The notes under the pieces: model-generated | Database searches by the model: none | The model's input: only the letters and a program-made list of their open reading frames with translations | What the model was told of the DNA's origin: nothing | NCBI GenBank assembly: GCA_051362555.1 | Contig: CM120646.1 | Coordinates: 17,918,001 to 17,982,000, forward strand | Origin: Lingula anatina | Lineage: Eukaryota > Animalia > Brachiopoda | Direction of reading: 5' to 3' | DNA: 64,000 nt | Shown: piece by piece, positions 9,057 to 21,138 of the stretch | Position numbering within the stretch: the stretch's first letter is position 1 | Layout: the number at the start of each line of letters is the position of its first letter | Translations under genes and position numbers: made by a program

Positions 9057-12000
9057 GTGAGTTGAACTTTTTTTTTGCAATATTTGAATGTTAATATTCA
9101 GATGTTGATGAAGTGTGTTGCAGCAGGTTTTGCTATTTTTTTAGAAGATGAATTGAAATTAGATGTAGTAAACCGCTTTCGGCTCCACGCTTGCGACCTT
9201 AAAAACACACCGTTGTGGTTATTTGTGAAATTTTAGGAAATTGCGCGTTACATGTTGTTCGCCCATAATCTGCAGGGCAGCTGTTGCAACCAAAAAGTAA
9301 TTTATTGTATTTTACTATGATTTTACTTTAGAAATCTACTTGGCAGTGAAGATGCAGCAAAGTATCTCTAAGGGGAATTTATTGAACATTCAATTTTACT
9401 TGGAAGTGTTGTTTAGTCATACGCGGAGGAGCTTAGTTATTAGGAAACCGATTTTTGTGTAAGAACTTGTCTTAAGTCAGTGTACCATAAGTTGAATAGC
9501 TCATGAAACCATTTTGCTTCCTCATTAGTTGAGATTATGACTATTTGGGCTGATAGGCTACAGTTTCAACAGGTTTTTATTATTGACCTATGAATAAAAT
9601 GTCAGAAAGACTTGTGGCTTAAATGATGTGCTAGACATTGCTAAAGAAGTGAATTCTACCATTAAAAATTGTATATTTCATTGAATGCAAGTGTAGGAAC
9701 AGGTTAAGCAATTGTTACAAAGAGAAAAATTGCTTTTTTTTTTTCTGAGGGAAACCAGTACGAGGATAAGATACCTTAAAATTTGAATACATTAGGAATT
9801 TTACACTGGGCTAGTTTCTGCTTGGATCACTAGCATATATATAACCTTTTGATAAAGCCATATTATTTGCTAATTACTTAAGAAGATCAGTGCTAACAAA
9901 TTGACAATTCATTTCCAGATGTCAAATATTCTGTACAAAGAAATTTAAAAAAAAAAGAAGAATAAAAGATAGAGATTATTCTAGCATGGGATTATATTTC
10001 TCTGGTGAACTCTTATCAACTCTAGCATAGCCTATTATCATGCCCCACATCTTGGCCACAGTCAGCCTATCCCAGTTAACAGTGGTACGACCAGTGCATT
10101 GTTTCTGGGACTCTGGAGCATGCCGCCTCTGTTGTTCTTTTTAGTGCACTTTTTGAAATAAATATTTTATAATCTGGTCTTAATGAAAATGAATTCCTTA
10201 GGTTTCCTGTTAAAGATAAATTGTGCAGAGCTTTTGCATCAGTATCTGTGGAATTTTTTTTCTGCAAGAACTTACTAGATGTCAAGGCTTTGACCTTGCA
10301 AGGTTTTAAAGCTCAGCAAGAAATTTATGTTAACATCAGGTACATTTTGGAATGTACTTTTGGTTGTGTGGTAATTTTTGATGCCTGAATTTGGAGAGCT
10401 TTGCAGGATATTTAGATGTTAAAAGATGACTGAGACTTTTACAAATGTTTACAGAAACACTGCAAGTTATGGCCAGCAATTTTCAGATAAATAAACAACA
10501 CATTAAGTTACAGAATTTGAATTTGATCCAGGAATAGCAGTTTTGTGTGTGTACATTTTTGTAGAGTGACTTAAGGCCCTGGGTGTGCTGCTGGAGGAAA
10601 TGTCATTGAGTAATTTCACATAAATCAACAATTTTGTGGATCTTTACAACTAATACAAACGAAAATTTGTATTTTTAATTTTGTCCAAAAAAAAAATAAA
10701 TAAATAAATAAATTATTAAGAGCAAAATAGATTTTATTGGGATTATACAAGGATGAGATTTTTAGAACTTTTGGCAGATTTACGACTTTTCAGGAACCAA
10801 AATATCCTTTTTGAGATTGATGCAGATCTGTAACTAACTTGGCAGGGGATATATAGGTCTGGTCCCTAGGCGATTTTTTTAGACTTTTTCACTAAATAGC
10901 ATACCCATCCCTGATTATTATCATAACTTGTATTTAACATTTTTTCATAAGAGGAAAAATGTTTTGTTAGAGATGAATAGTAGTCAAGTAGAAAAAAAAA
11001 CTTTACCTCGAGTTTGAACAGATTACAATTGCTTGATCTTTTTGAAGATTGTAGTTCCTTCTGTCATTTGGTCTGTGCATGGGAAAATAATTAAAGGAGA
11101 GGAAGCTGGTATGTTTTTCATTGTGAAGCCAAACAAAGCAAGATCTTAAACCACACACAAGTTCTTCTAGGCATTCTCCAACTTTCTTATTATAATTTAG
11201 GAATGCAATTTTGTTTTATGGGTTGCATTTATTAACCTGCTTACTGCAAGTGCATGAATGCAAACAATGCTGGAGCTTTCATCGGTTTTTTATGTCCTCA
11301 CAAGGGCAGAAGTATAAGGTAACCATTTTTTGCCACAAGGAACAATAACTGCCTTACAGTACAGCATATGGGGTCAAATTGTTATGGTTTGTTTTGTGAA
11401 CTTCCTGTTATTATAACATTCAGAGTGAGGAATGCTTACGGTAATTATCGATAAATTTCAAGCACTACTTTTTTGTGCATTTTCTTATTTAGGTCTTTTT
11501 ATGTGCTTAAATGAAGATCATACCTTTTGTCTTCAAGTCAGCATTTATTTTTCAACAGACACTGATCAGAATTTCGGGGATAATGAATGGAACAAGGTTT
11601 TGGAAGAAATGATTTTAATTTTGTCTCTCCCTACTGAGGGAGAATTTACTTTTTCATAATGGTATCATGTTTATGAATTTAAAAATAGATTTTCTTCTCG
11701 TCTTCTCACATTCATTGATAAACATTTGAGGCTGTTTTTGTATGTTGTTAGTGAATGTGTTGAAAATTAGCAATTTGCCTTAAAAAAGACCTGTGTTTGT
11801 TTTAACAAAATGAATAGCCTTTAGACTGTTTGCAACAATAATTGAATGCATACTATGGCAGTTAAGTCGCATTTCCATTTGGAGTGGAATTCAGCTAACT
11901 CTTTGCTTTCTGTCTCTGCAGTCTGATTTCTTCCTTTAACATACTATATACCATGGGACTAACCTTTATTATTATTTGTTGAGATAATGGATATTACAGG

Positions 12001-12081
12001 GGTTAGATGGGTTTTTTTCTTGGTTTGTAATCTTGGCTCAGTTACTCAAAGAAACTGTATATGCGCCTGCACACAATCATA

Positions 12082-12296
12082 GGCTGTATTCCCAGAGCTT
12101 TTAGATTGATCTATCCTCGCGGGTAGTCTCACTAGATTACTGTCAGATAATCCGGCTTAAATGTCCGTCCCGCCTACTACAAGCTATAAGGGGGTAATTA
12201 ACTTTCGTGTCCACCCGGCTGACAGCTATTTAACGTGAACCCCCAGGGAGTAAGGTCGATCTTAAGTAGATCGATCTAATCTCTGGAAATGGGGTC
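12082..12296 (+). mobile_element. MITE, about 215 bp (PIF/Harbinger-like), copy 1
   Basis: Closely similar along its length to 43397-43612; degenerate TIR ending CTCTGGAAATGGGGTC; flanked by ATA on both sides. Confidence 0.75.
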
Positions 12297-15200
12297 ATAG
12301 TGATCGATCGCTATTTGAGATGGGGATAGCACCCCCTACTCCTTGAAAAGGCAATTAATCATTAAACATTAATCAGACCTATATCAGTTTGTCAGATCTG
12401 AAGTGAACAGGCCTTCAGTGACGTCAGTCTGACCTTTTTTGTGTTAAAATCAGACCTGAGTGAACAGGCCCTTAGTGGCAAGTAGTGCATGAGAATTGAC
12501 ACTTGCAGTTTGTACAAATATCACAGGAAAAGTGTAAACATAGTCCATCTGAGTAAATTTCAAGCACACAGGACCTTTCTTGAAGATTGCAGGAGGTAGT
12601 GTTTCTATTTAAACTGTAATTTGCTCTTGAGATTGCTGGGGATTGCGTAGATGTGGATTGCATCATAATCTGTCTGTTTGAGACTTAGGTGGCTTCAGGA
12701 ACCTACTGCTTTGAGTGGAGAAAATGAGATAGGTAGGTAGGCGAAGGTGTAGACCCTAGTGTGTTGTAGAGAATGCATGAAAGTCATTATTATTTTTTTT
12801 ATTTATTTATTTATTTATTTATTTATTTGCTATGATAATGTAACTCAGCACTGAATGACATTAGATAATCACAAGCAAATGAGTAGAAATAGATATATAC
12901 ATGAGAAATACAACAAAATATTATAAGCAATCATATCAAGCAGATACAGAATCCCTTGCCATCAGACAAACTTGTGCTGTCAGAAGCCCCTCAAAATCAG
13001 GTAGTTAGCAGTCAATTTTCCCAGCTGATTGAAGTGATGCCATGGTTCCCAAGCCGTTTTCTTGTGCTCTTGCCAAGGCATTATTGATGGTTGATCGAAT
13101 CTTCACAATAAATTGCAATTACCAAGTCCACAGGGAGCTTGCAAGTATTGGAAATAACTAACCTAAGGTAATATTTTTCACATATTTGTATATTGGTGAC
13201 AGTTATTACTCTCAGATTTCAACATGGCTTATTCTGATTTTTTTTTCTGCCTTTATTGTTGCTATAAAAATGAGCTGACTGGCATGAAGGCAACTTCTTT
13301 TTCAGGTTTTTGAATCATCTTGTAAATAATTATTTACAAAACATTTCTTCAGTGAGCGTTAAGAATCAATTTTGTTTTGATTAAGTTTGTCATTTAGTTA
13401 TTTCTGTATCTAAATCAAAGGAGACACCCCTGACTTCTGTGAGTCACTTATTGTTTTTCAGTGTATGCAGGTGAGCGTATGAGAAATATAAAGCTTGATT
13501 TCAATCCATTTAAGTCAAAAGGCAATAAAAATTTGAAATGGGAGGGGGGGAGCCTATGAGAATTTTTTCTTGCTTTTTTTCCCCTTCTTTTTTTTAGCTG
13601 TCCTGTATTCATCTAATTTCCTGATGTCTGCTCAGCCTGCAACAGCTGTTGATTATCACATCATTACAGCAGAAATTGGGCTCTTCCAAGAAAGTGACCC
13701 CCTTCAGGACAATCTGCTACTTTTTGATTTGCCAAAATGCCATGCTTCTGAACAAAAAGGTCGTACCAGGCAGGCTGTATTTGTACTAGACAGCCTTCCT
13801 TGTTCAGTCTGAACATTTCATTAGCCTACTTAAACAGGACACCTCCCCTGCTCTTACATTTCACTCAGCTTGTGATTGATGCGTTTCCTGTAAAAATTAG
13901 TGTTGATTCAACTCTCTCAGTATTCTTGATACATTTTAATTATAGAAGATTTACTGCTTTCTGTGGCAGTTTTATGAAAGGTTAATGAGCAATAAACTTG
14001 GAAGTGTTTTGGAGCAATTTTGTGGTGCAGGGCACAGAAGAGCACAAAGAGTAAAATTAAATTTTATGGGATACTTGGTCTTATTTGACCTGGTTATTTG
14101 TAAACTTGTAGCCTTTCTCTCCCAGACCTCACATTGGTATGTTTTTACCATGTGCGCAGGCACCAGAGGTCTTACTACATACCTCAACATGTTTGTGGTT
14201 TTCCCATATATTTTGTGTTGTGAAAACTATGACTCTTTAGTATTTTGTTTTTTTTTTCTATTTTCATTTTTTTTCCACCTGTCAACTGTACCAGGCTATT
14301 TTTCTTTGGCTCTTGTTTGTGTATGTTAGGACTCAAAAATGACCAGTTTGAGTAGAGTTTATAACTTGGCATTTCATGTAAGCTCGTATAACGGATATGC
14401 ATAATTTTTCCCACTCTCTCACTTTGCAGAGAAGCCTTCACCTGCATGAGGTTATGTGTGTTTTAAGTAAGATGACCTCTGCTTTTTAAGTCTGTTTTGT
14501 TAAAGATGGTGTAAGTACACATTAACTGGAAGAGAATTTTGTTTGGGTTTAAGACAACTTTGATCAGTTGGACTAGATCCTGGATAATGTGAGCTTAGTA
14601 GCCTTAGTTCCTGGATAATGTACTTTCTGCCTCTGTTTCAGAGATGTTATCAGGACTGGTTCTCACAGAGGTTTGGCCTAAGAACTAAGATTGTTTGCTT
14701 GATTTTGTGTGCTTGTTTCTTGGTAAATTAATCAGTCAGTCTCAGTTGGTTTCGTCTCATTTTTCATAAGGACAAATAATGATATGGGTCTGTGAATACT
14801 TATCTGTGTACCTGTGAATGAGAATGCTCTGATATTGCAGATTTCGTTTATTTTTATCCCAGGTGTGACATTTTGTAGGGGAATAGTTAGGGAGATGGGT
14901 TCTCATATAAATCCAGCAATATTTCTAGTGTTTGGTATTTGTTTCTTATAGATGTTAATTTGTTGTTTCCTCCATCTACATTTACTTTTTACATTATCAT
15001 TTTATCTTATAACAACGAGCACATCTTAGTCCAAACCACAGTCACTGTAACTAACATGTTAAATTACAAAAAGCAGACCTTAGTCAACCAATCTAATCCC
15101 CCAGCTGCCCCACTCACTGACATCACAGGACACCTTGCTGTGTATTAGACCATCCAAAGCTTATTAATCATGATTGGCATACTATAGACAGCATGAACAA

Positions 15201-16245
15201 ATCTAATCCCTCTCTTGTCCCACCCAGATTCACTGCGATTCATTTGCTACCTGTGGTGAGCTAATCTTAATCAGACTGGCCAAAACCCAACATGACCAGA
15301 AACATGCCTCATACAAATTTCCTGTCAAAAAATAATGTGTGTACAAACACAGCTTTGAAATGATGATTTCCATGCTTGCCTCACTTAGAATTGCACTAGT
15401 GATGTAACCTTAGTCCAATAAACAGCTTGTCATCTTAAAAAGGTGAATTGTCTGACCATCAGCACCATGTGTGAATCATGTGCCATTGAACAGCTGAGAG
15501 GTGTGATCTATGTCTATTGCAATTGGTGACTTTGCACCCCATAGTTCACGCATGGGTGTTGAACACCATCTAAGTGCCGAGTCCAACTATCTGACAAAAA
15601 AAATATATATATTAATGAAGAAGAGAGTTAAATTCAAAATTTATCAGTGCTAGATCTAAGTAGGTTAGGCCATGAGAAATTTATTTGTGATAAATGTATT
15701 TTAATGACAATGATTGTATATCCCCCACCTCTCTCTCCCCCCCTCCCTCCCACCCCTGATTCAGCGTTTAAAAAATGTGTTATCAGTTTTTATGTTCTTT
15801 AACAAATCCTTTGATGATGATGAAGCTCTGTGTTTCTCTTTTTCCAGTGGGCGTGATGTATTCATAATGATGCAGCCATTTAGAAGAAGGTTGCAATTAG
15901 ACTGACGTCAAGGGAAAGGAAAAGCCACAAATTATGGTCATTGATAAATAGCATTCTTACAAAGTGGTTACATGTTTGAAATATTTGGAAAATTTGAGGG
16001 AGGGTTGGGATTTTTGACAGGTTGTGCGGAGCTGTTTGAAAATTTGTAAAGAATTTGACTTCCAATATATATATATAGGCTGACTTAGATTATTTTTTTT
16101 TTCCTGAATGGAATAGAAAGCTGGAACAAAAATATTCTCCCTGTAAGCAGAGTTTGTTATCTAGTCTGTCAAGTTGACTATGCAATTTTGTGCAAGGTAA
16201 CTTATCACTTACATCTGTTTAAAGGATGATAATAATAAAAATATT

Positions 16246-17079
16246 AACTAGACTGCAACTGGCTTAAGCCAGTGGCGGAGGATTCCCCTGCAAAATAGGT
16301 GTGGAAAGGCTCTTTCAAGGTCAAGTGAAGGTCATGGGTTAAATTTGACCCCATATTCTGTGCGAATTGGGGGGGGGGGGTCAACAAAACATCAATTTTA
16401 GCCCACTTCAATATTTCTCCATGAAATAACCAAATGACCTTGAAAATGAGGGTCAAGGTCAAATTTGACATTTGATTTGGGGGTTTTGGGTATATGTTTG
16501 GGGTAGTTTACTATAGCATGCTATGACCAAAAACCAGTGTTTCGTGGAGAAACTGCCAAACTCAAGATTTCTGCAATGTCATAAATATTTAAAAATCTAT
16601 ATTAAAAAAAGTGATTAAGCAGTCGCTACCAAAGTACGGCTAACCTTAGATAAATATATAGGGCATCATTTGCCACTATGACCGGGGCTCTGAGACTTCC
16701 GGTTTCTGAGATCTCGGAAACAAACCTTTTTTGAGCCCGTTTGGCCATTAGCGACCTTGACCTTGACCTACTTGCATAAAAGTAGGTCATTATATGTGGA
16801 TTCACCTCAGTATCACTGACCATAAGGCCCATAGCCATACGGCTTATACTTAAGGCCTAATGTCAATTTCAAATTTTACAAATTTTGCCTTTAAAAGCCT
16901 CTGTGACCTTGAAAAGTAGGTCAAGGTCACTGAAACTGGGTCTATGGCATATTCTTACCATAGGCTACCTATGTAAATTATTTCAGATTTTTCGCGAAAA
17001 AAAAACGCGCGGAAAGAATAATAATAATAACTATAATACTACCAAAAACAATAGTATTCCCCTACGGGGAATCCTAATA
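16246..17079 (-). mobile_element. Non-autonomous Helentron (HINE/DINE-like) element
   Basis: Subterminal inverted repeats AGGATTCCCC/GGGGAATCCT; terminal palindrome ACTGGCTTAAGCCAGT followed by CTAGTT; internal (ATT)n and repeated TGACCTTGA motifs. Confidence 0.7.
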
Positions 17080-17389
17080 ATACTTAAATGTATTAATGTC
17101 CTTCTTTAGTCAGAAGGTATGTGAAAAATCTTACTGCTTGTTCAGTAATAGTTGCTTGTGTGCATTGGCACTCATGCTTGCTTATGTCAGCCTGTGTTGC
17201 GAGATTGCTTTATACATTAATTATAATTTGGCTCTATACATGACTGTGTTAACTTCTGATAACCTGGTCACTGGGCAGCTGTACAAGAAAATATCTGCAA
17301 ATTGACATTGTAAGGTCCCTTGGGGTCATGTTCAACTGGTTTATTATAAAATCTGTTTTTGTATAACCCCCACCCAAAATCCTACCATT

Positions 17390-19080
17390 TCACTCAACAG
17401 TAAACTCGTTAGCGTATGAGAGTGCGTAATTACGCGTTGTTTTGCTGTTTTTACGCATTGGCTGGAGCCCCAGCGCGTACGAATACGCACACCTTTGGCT
17501 TTGAAGATCGGCGAAGTTGACCAGTCCGTTGACTGTTGACGGTCAGACTCATGTTGAAAATGTCATAATTGATTCCCAAGTGTCTCATTTTTTTCTTAAG
17601 ATATTTGAATTACCCGACTAAAACATGCTTCTTCTTTCACTGCATGACCCGCAGAGGATGACGTAATCTTCTCCGATTGGTCATAATATGCAAGTTTTAG
17701 GTCAAAGCACGTGTGCCTCTCTTTAGTATAAACAAGGTATGAACAACGATGAAATGATCGTTTTTTTATTCACATAATTGTTCAACATTTTAATTGAGCA
17801 ACCATACGTTTAGGACCAATTTAAATCACTCGCCCAGACCAAATACTTTAGGCCAGTAACCCTTGTGACTTTTGTAGTTTTAGTCGTCAGAATAAATTTT
17901 TAGTCGCATTTGACGAGCGGGCGACCGGGAATTTCCAGCTCTGCTGATTACCAGTGATGACAAAATGACGAGAAAAAGGAAAAGCAAAGGAAAAAAACAA
18001 CAGTCAATTAAAAGGTTTTGTCATGCAAGGTAGGCAAAGTTATTTACTATAGATTTCAGAGTCCGACATACCTACTTGCGATGGTTGCGTTTCGCAACTA
18101 GTTTTATCAGCCGGGCAACTAAAATTTAGCTGGTAGTTGCCCAGAAACGCAAGTGACTTTCGGCTGTTCACTTGCCCGGAAAATTTGAAGTGTAAAATTT
18201 ATTATCACAGACAAAATAGATCGTTTATTATTGGCAGTCATTTGCCGGTTGGAAACAAAGTGGTTTGCAGCAACCGGCTAGCTCCAGATTTGGCCAGCTT
18301 AGAAAACAGTTGAACTTGAAGTGCTGCGCTAACAAACATAAATAAAAATTATCTTTCAACAAACTGTGAAATAATATTTCTAGTAATTATTTACAAATTG
18401 AAAGCAAAGGTTTAATTTTTATAAACAATTTAGTAAAACTTAAAAACGACGGGTGCCTAATGTTCCCGACTTGACCTACTTTTTGTCGGCATCAATTTTA
18501 GGGAGAAACACTAGGAAGAGTAAGAAGTATGAACATTTTGATTGATTAAAATGGCTAAATATGTAAATTTTGTGTCCCTTCTCAAATAGTATACTAAAAA
18601 ATGCTTGTTTGACAGAGACGGATACTGGGTGACTACTTGTCAGTGTCCAGACATTTTGGCGCCGTTCTCTATCTCTCCCTCTCCCAACTATTACAGAGCG
18701 CTTGTTTGACCTAGTTTTTTTAAAAACTTTACTAAGGAAGCAGTTAGGCCAGGAGCATTTTTAAATCTCAGTCAAGAATAGATTGTAAATTTTTGGCTAT
18801 GAAGTGCAGTCGTACTTGTTGTATTTTGATTGTTTCTGTGGTAATTTAAAAGCAATGTTTTTGTTTTCTTTTTGTTAAATTGCAATAATAAAAGATTTTG
18901 GATAAAAGGATAGTGGGTTATTGTTATGAAAGTGAACTGTGTGATTGCATGATTATTAATACACAAAATTACACCTTGATGAGCATTTTTTAATTTTACC
19001 CCTTCATTTTGAAAATTACCCCTTCTTTTTTTGGGCAAGGGGTACGGTACTCCCTTAGAAAAATCCTACCGAGTGCACTG
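17390..19080. mobile_element. Cluster of degraded non-autonomous DNA transposon fragments
   Basis: CpG-rich patchwork inside an AT-rich intron; terminus-like ends ...AATTTCCAGCTCTG (17943) and ...CCGAGTGCACTG (19080); no transposase ORF. Confidence 0.35.
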
Positions 19081-19919
19081 ACTCAATGCAAACCTTTCTG
19101 CTACTCCTGAGGCCAGTAGCTCAGTTCAATAAGAACATAGGGGATAGATGACTAGCTTAGGCGATAGATGACTAAGGATAGGGGGAAGAAGGCATAGTGC
19201 AGGGGATAGATAACTGAGGTGATGGCGGTCTTGATTTACAGCTGAGATCAGTTTTGTTCAAACCAAGTTGAATGCAGCCTCTCTGTATGTCATGGTCAGT
19301 GAAGTAGAGTTCAGTATGCCAGTAGTCATTCCAGAGATGATATTTCAAATGGCTTCTTGATTGCTGATGGAAATTGGTCAGATGAACCCATATAGGGCTT
19401 GGAAGCATGGGTGTTATGCTACATGACAAAGTAAATGTTCAGAATTAAGAATTTTTAGATAGTAAAGATTAAACTTTTTTGTGCATTTTAATGCTGCTTT
19501 TGTGTATTTAAATGCCCCTTAATGTGAAGATTTTCTCTTTCAAAGTTTGGTGGCCTTTAAAACCTTCCATTTGTCTCTTTTCACAATAAGTTTAGGAACA
19601 GTTGTTATGTCATGATGACCGATGACTTGTTTACTGTTGCAAACTAAAGTCAAGGACATCTTGCTGTGTATTAGACCTCCTGAAGCTTATTAATATCAGC
19701 GTGTTTACTGAGTTCAAATGGCTATGTCCAAGCTTTGTTGACTTGCTTCTTTCTCAGCTCTCTGATTAAAAGGTAAGCTAACCAAAGCCAGCTCCACTGA
19801 AACACCGACTTTACAGGCTGGGGTGATTGCACAAGAAATAAAACTGATGATATTTGCTGTGTACTTCCTCGGTCTATTGGCCTTATAGACAAAAAGTATT
19901 CTTTCATATTGAAACCAGT

Positions 19920-20092
19920 CAGGTTAGTATCTGGGAAGGGGGGGGGGGGGGGTTAAATGGACTCCCTTTTTTGCCAGGAAAAGATATGCTCTGGGTAAAA
20001 TGTGATCTAAGTATGCAAAGATTTCATGTTAATGGTTCGACTTTTTGACAAGAAGCCCCCCCCCCCCTTAAAAATTGCTGGCTACTGGCCTG
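19920..20092 (-). mobile_element. Diverged MITE with CAGG termini, same family as 47582-47749
   Basis: Reverse-complement similarity to 47582-47749; flanks ccagt and ccatt look like a 5-bp TSD with one mismatch. Confidence 0.7.
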
Positions 20093-20764
20093 CCATTTAA
20101 TGCTTCTCCTGTGTGTCTTTCACCATAGAAATTAAACAAAAATAGGTGAACCATAAAAATTTCCAATACTGAATTGGAAGAGGTAACAAACCAGTAATGT
20201 GTACCCTAGGTTCTAGATTCCAGTATTGCCAGCTCGATCTTGATTTCATATATAACCCATAGTAGCAATACCAGACTCTAGCGAACAGTGGCAACTCGGG
20301 GGCGTTCTTCTTCAAAATTCTGCCTGGGGCGCTTCCATATTTGGAAGTCACACGTCACAGCTGTGTCCGCCTGGATCCATATTTGGAAGTCATAAGTCTC
20401 GTACGTCACAGGTTTAGCCGCCTGGAGCTGCCTTTCCCGCCTTGCGCTGAAGTCTCGTGCAGGCGAGACAAGAAGCAATTAAAGTGCCTGACGCGGAGTT
20501 AGAAGTTTGAAATGAAAATATCTTGCAGTCGAAGGTCAGTGCCACAATACAAGCAACATTCTGCTGTAAAAACTTATTTTCGTGTAGCCATTGCGCAGCC
20601 CTTATAGTGGTATCAGGCATACAGTGTAGCTGTCAAATTTGGCACACGGCAAGCACATGTATTGTACACGTGTGTATCTCAGGACTAAATGTTCTTTGGT
20701 AAGCAAAAAATACAAAAACATTGGATATATCTTTTCTTTCCGAAGAATATTATTTATTTTTTCA

Positions 20765-21138
20765 CTTTACATCTTAAATACAGCAAATAGAATTAAATAA
20801 AGCAGAATTAAATGTTTTACGTTTTATTTTGGTCTGATGACATTCAACTGCATTTTCACTGCGGAGCAGTTCTATTTGATTGATGGAAAACTTTCATGGC
20901 CGCTGGTCTTCAGAGTTAGTAAAAGCGACTCCACCACAAGGTATATTTAGCTTTACATCTTAAATACAGCAAATAAAATTAAATAAAGCAGAATTAAATT
21001 TGCTTTACGTTTTATTTTGGTCTGATGACATTCAACTGCATTTTCACTGCGGAGCAGTTCTATTTGATTGATGGAAAACTTTCATGGCCGCTGGTCTTCA
21101 GAGTTAGTAAAAGCGACTCCACCACAAGGTATATTTAG
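20765..21138. repeat. Near-identical tandem duplication of about 186 bp
   Basis: 20765-20950 and 20951-21138 both run ctttacatcttaaatacagc...ccacaaggtatatttag with only a few differences. Confidence 0.92.

Noticed and set aside
13020-13170. Exon-like segment in ACVR2 intron 1 (cccag|...aag|gtaata)
   Set aside because: Stops interrupt the frames and exon 1 already joins exon 2 in frame
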